5,685 nt of DNA. Origin: a virus. Below are positions 5,417 through 5,685 of this stretch, piece by piece. How positions within the stretch are numbered: position 1 is the first letter of the stretch; each line of letters begins with the position of its first letter. The notes under the pieces were generated by a model. It was not told the DNA's origin and searched no databases. It worked only from the letters and a program-made list of their open reading frames with translations. The stretch is taken from the IMG/VR virus record IMGVR_UViG_3300045988_000092, positions 1 through 5,685 of that record; one strand, given 5' to 3'. A program made the translations under genes and the position numbers.

Positions 5417-5508
5417 TTGTTTTTTGTTTCGAATGGCGCTTTAGCGCCTTGCCGTATGGAGCGCAGCGGAATGCGGCTTAATCCATTCATTATTAGCGCT
5501 GTGCGCGT

Positions 5509-5621
5509 TTTCAACACTTTCAACACTTTCAACAGGTTTTCCACAAAATGTTGCACAATTGATTTCGTCATTTTGACGAACTTTCAACATTTCAACATTT
5601 TTTCCACAAAGTTTTCAACAG
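5509..5621 (+). repeat. Iteron array of about seven TTTCAAC(A) repeats, including three perfect tandem 9-mers at 5509-5535. Interleaved with these are TTTTCCACA motifs at 5537-5545 and 5600-5608, with a third at 44-52 across the junction; they match the relaxed DnaA-box consensus TTWTNCACA
   Basis: Direct reading gives tttcaacac, tttcaacac, tttcaacag, then ttttccaca, then tttcaacat, ttcaacat, ttttccaca, tttcaacag; ttttcaac and ttttccaca follow in 37-52. Confidence 0.7.
5564..5580. promoter_or_regulatory. Perfect 17-bp palindrome TTCGTCA-TTT-TGACGAA embedded in the iteron array; candidate dimeric protein-binding site
   Basis: The arms 5564-5570 and 5574-5580 are exact reverse complements. Confidence 0.4.
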
Positions 5622-5630
5622 TGTATTTCT

Positions 5631-5685
5631 CTTTTAATTTTCGTTTCATCGTTAAAATTTATTACTTTTCAACTTTTCCACAGTC
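5631..5685. repeat. Second copy of the 55-nt terminal redundancy (equals 1..55)
   Basis: Exact identity with 1..55; an assembly or linearisation artefact of a circular molecule. Confidence 0.95.

Noticed and set aside
5509-5535. Possible CRISPR array or minisatellite, based on the tandem 9-mers
   Set aside because: The repeats are far too short and have no spacers. They are iterons, not CRISPR.
5456-5685. Junction-spanning plus-strand ORF of 105 codons (ATG at 5456 through the circular junction to the TAA at 138-140), invisible in a linear ORF scan
   Set aside because: It is simply the stop-free translation of the A-poor iteron array and the GC island (FNTFNTFN..., ...RVRACALSRVCVRAI). It has no SD upstream and an extremely low-complexity product. 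It is almost certainly non-coding, though it would only be detected on a circularised sequence.

Overview
The window is one complete circular ssDNA phage genome of the family Microviridae, and it is gokushovirus-like. Bases 1-55 are identical to 5631-5685, so the true circle is 5630 nt and the window is a linearised copy with 55 nt of terminal redundancy. All credible genes lie on the minus strand, so the given strand is T-rich, A-poor and antisense to every gene. Read in gene sense, going from high to low coordinates, the order is: M15-family peptidoglycan peptidase, 40-aa ORF, 75-aa hypothetical, 40-aa arginine/lysine-rich J/VP8-like DNA-binding protein, 79-aa hypothetical, VP3-like acidic scaffolding protein, VP1 major capsid, VP2 minor capsid/pilot, and VP4 rolling-circle Rep. 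Neither 40-aa ORF appears in the supplied ORF track. Genes are tightly packed, with ATGA stop/start overlaps. Most have strong Shine-Dalgarno sites of the GGAGG or AAGGAG type. This fits a Firmicutes- or Proteobacteria-like host and argues against a Bacteroidetes host, which generally lacks SD sites; this is inference. The single intergenic region of about 500 nt (5363..5630 joined to 1..236) holds the structure that the genes do not explain. It contains a consensus sigma70-like promoter (TTGACA-17-TAAAAT) aimed at the peptidase gene, and an array of TTTCAACA iterons interleaved with three TTTTCCACA motifs that fit the relaxed DnaA-box consensus. It also contains a 17-bp perfect palindrome, a roughly 50-nt GC-rich alternating purine/pyrimidine dyad island, tandem 9-mers, and an 11-bp hairpin immediately after the VP4 stop. 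Two further hairpins stand out. One is an intrinsic-terminator-like hairpin between VP1 and VP2 that also sits between a GGAGG SD and the VP2 start codon. The other is a perfect 11-bp GC-rich hairpin with an AT-rich loop inside the 5' end of the Rep gene, which is a candidate nick site or origin. No tRNA, rRNA or CRISPR array is present. I saw no defence island. The novelty is a microvirus carrying a peptidoglycan-hydrolase gene and an unusually structured, iteron-rich intergenic region.
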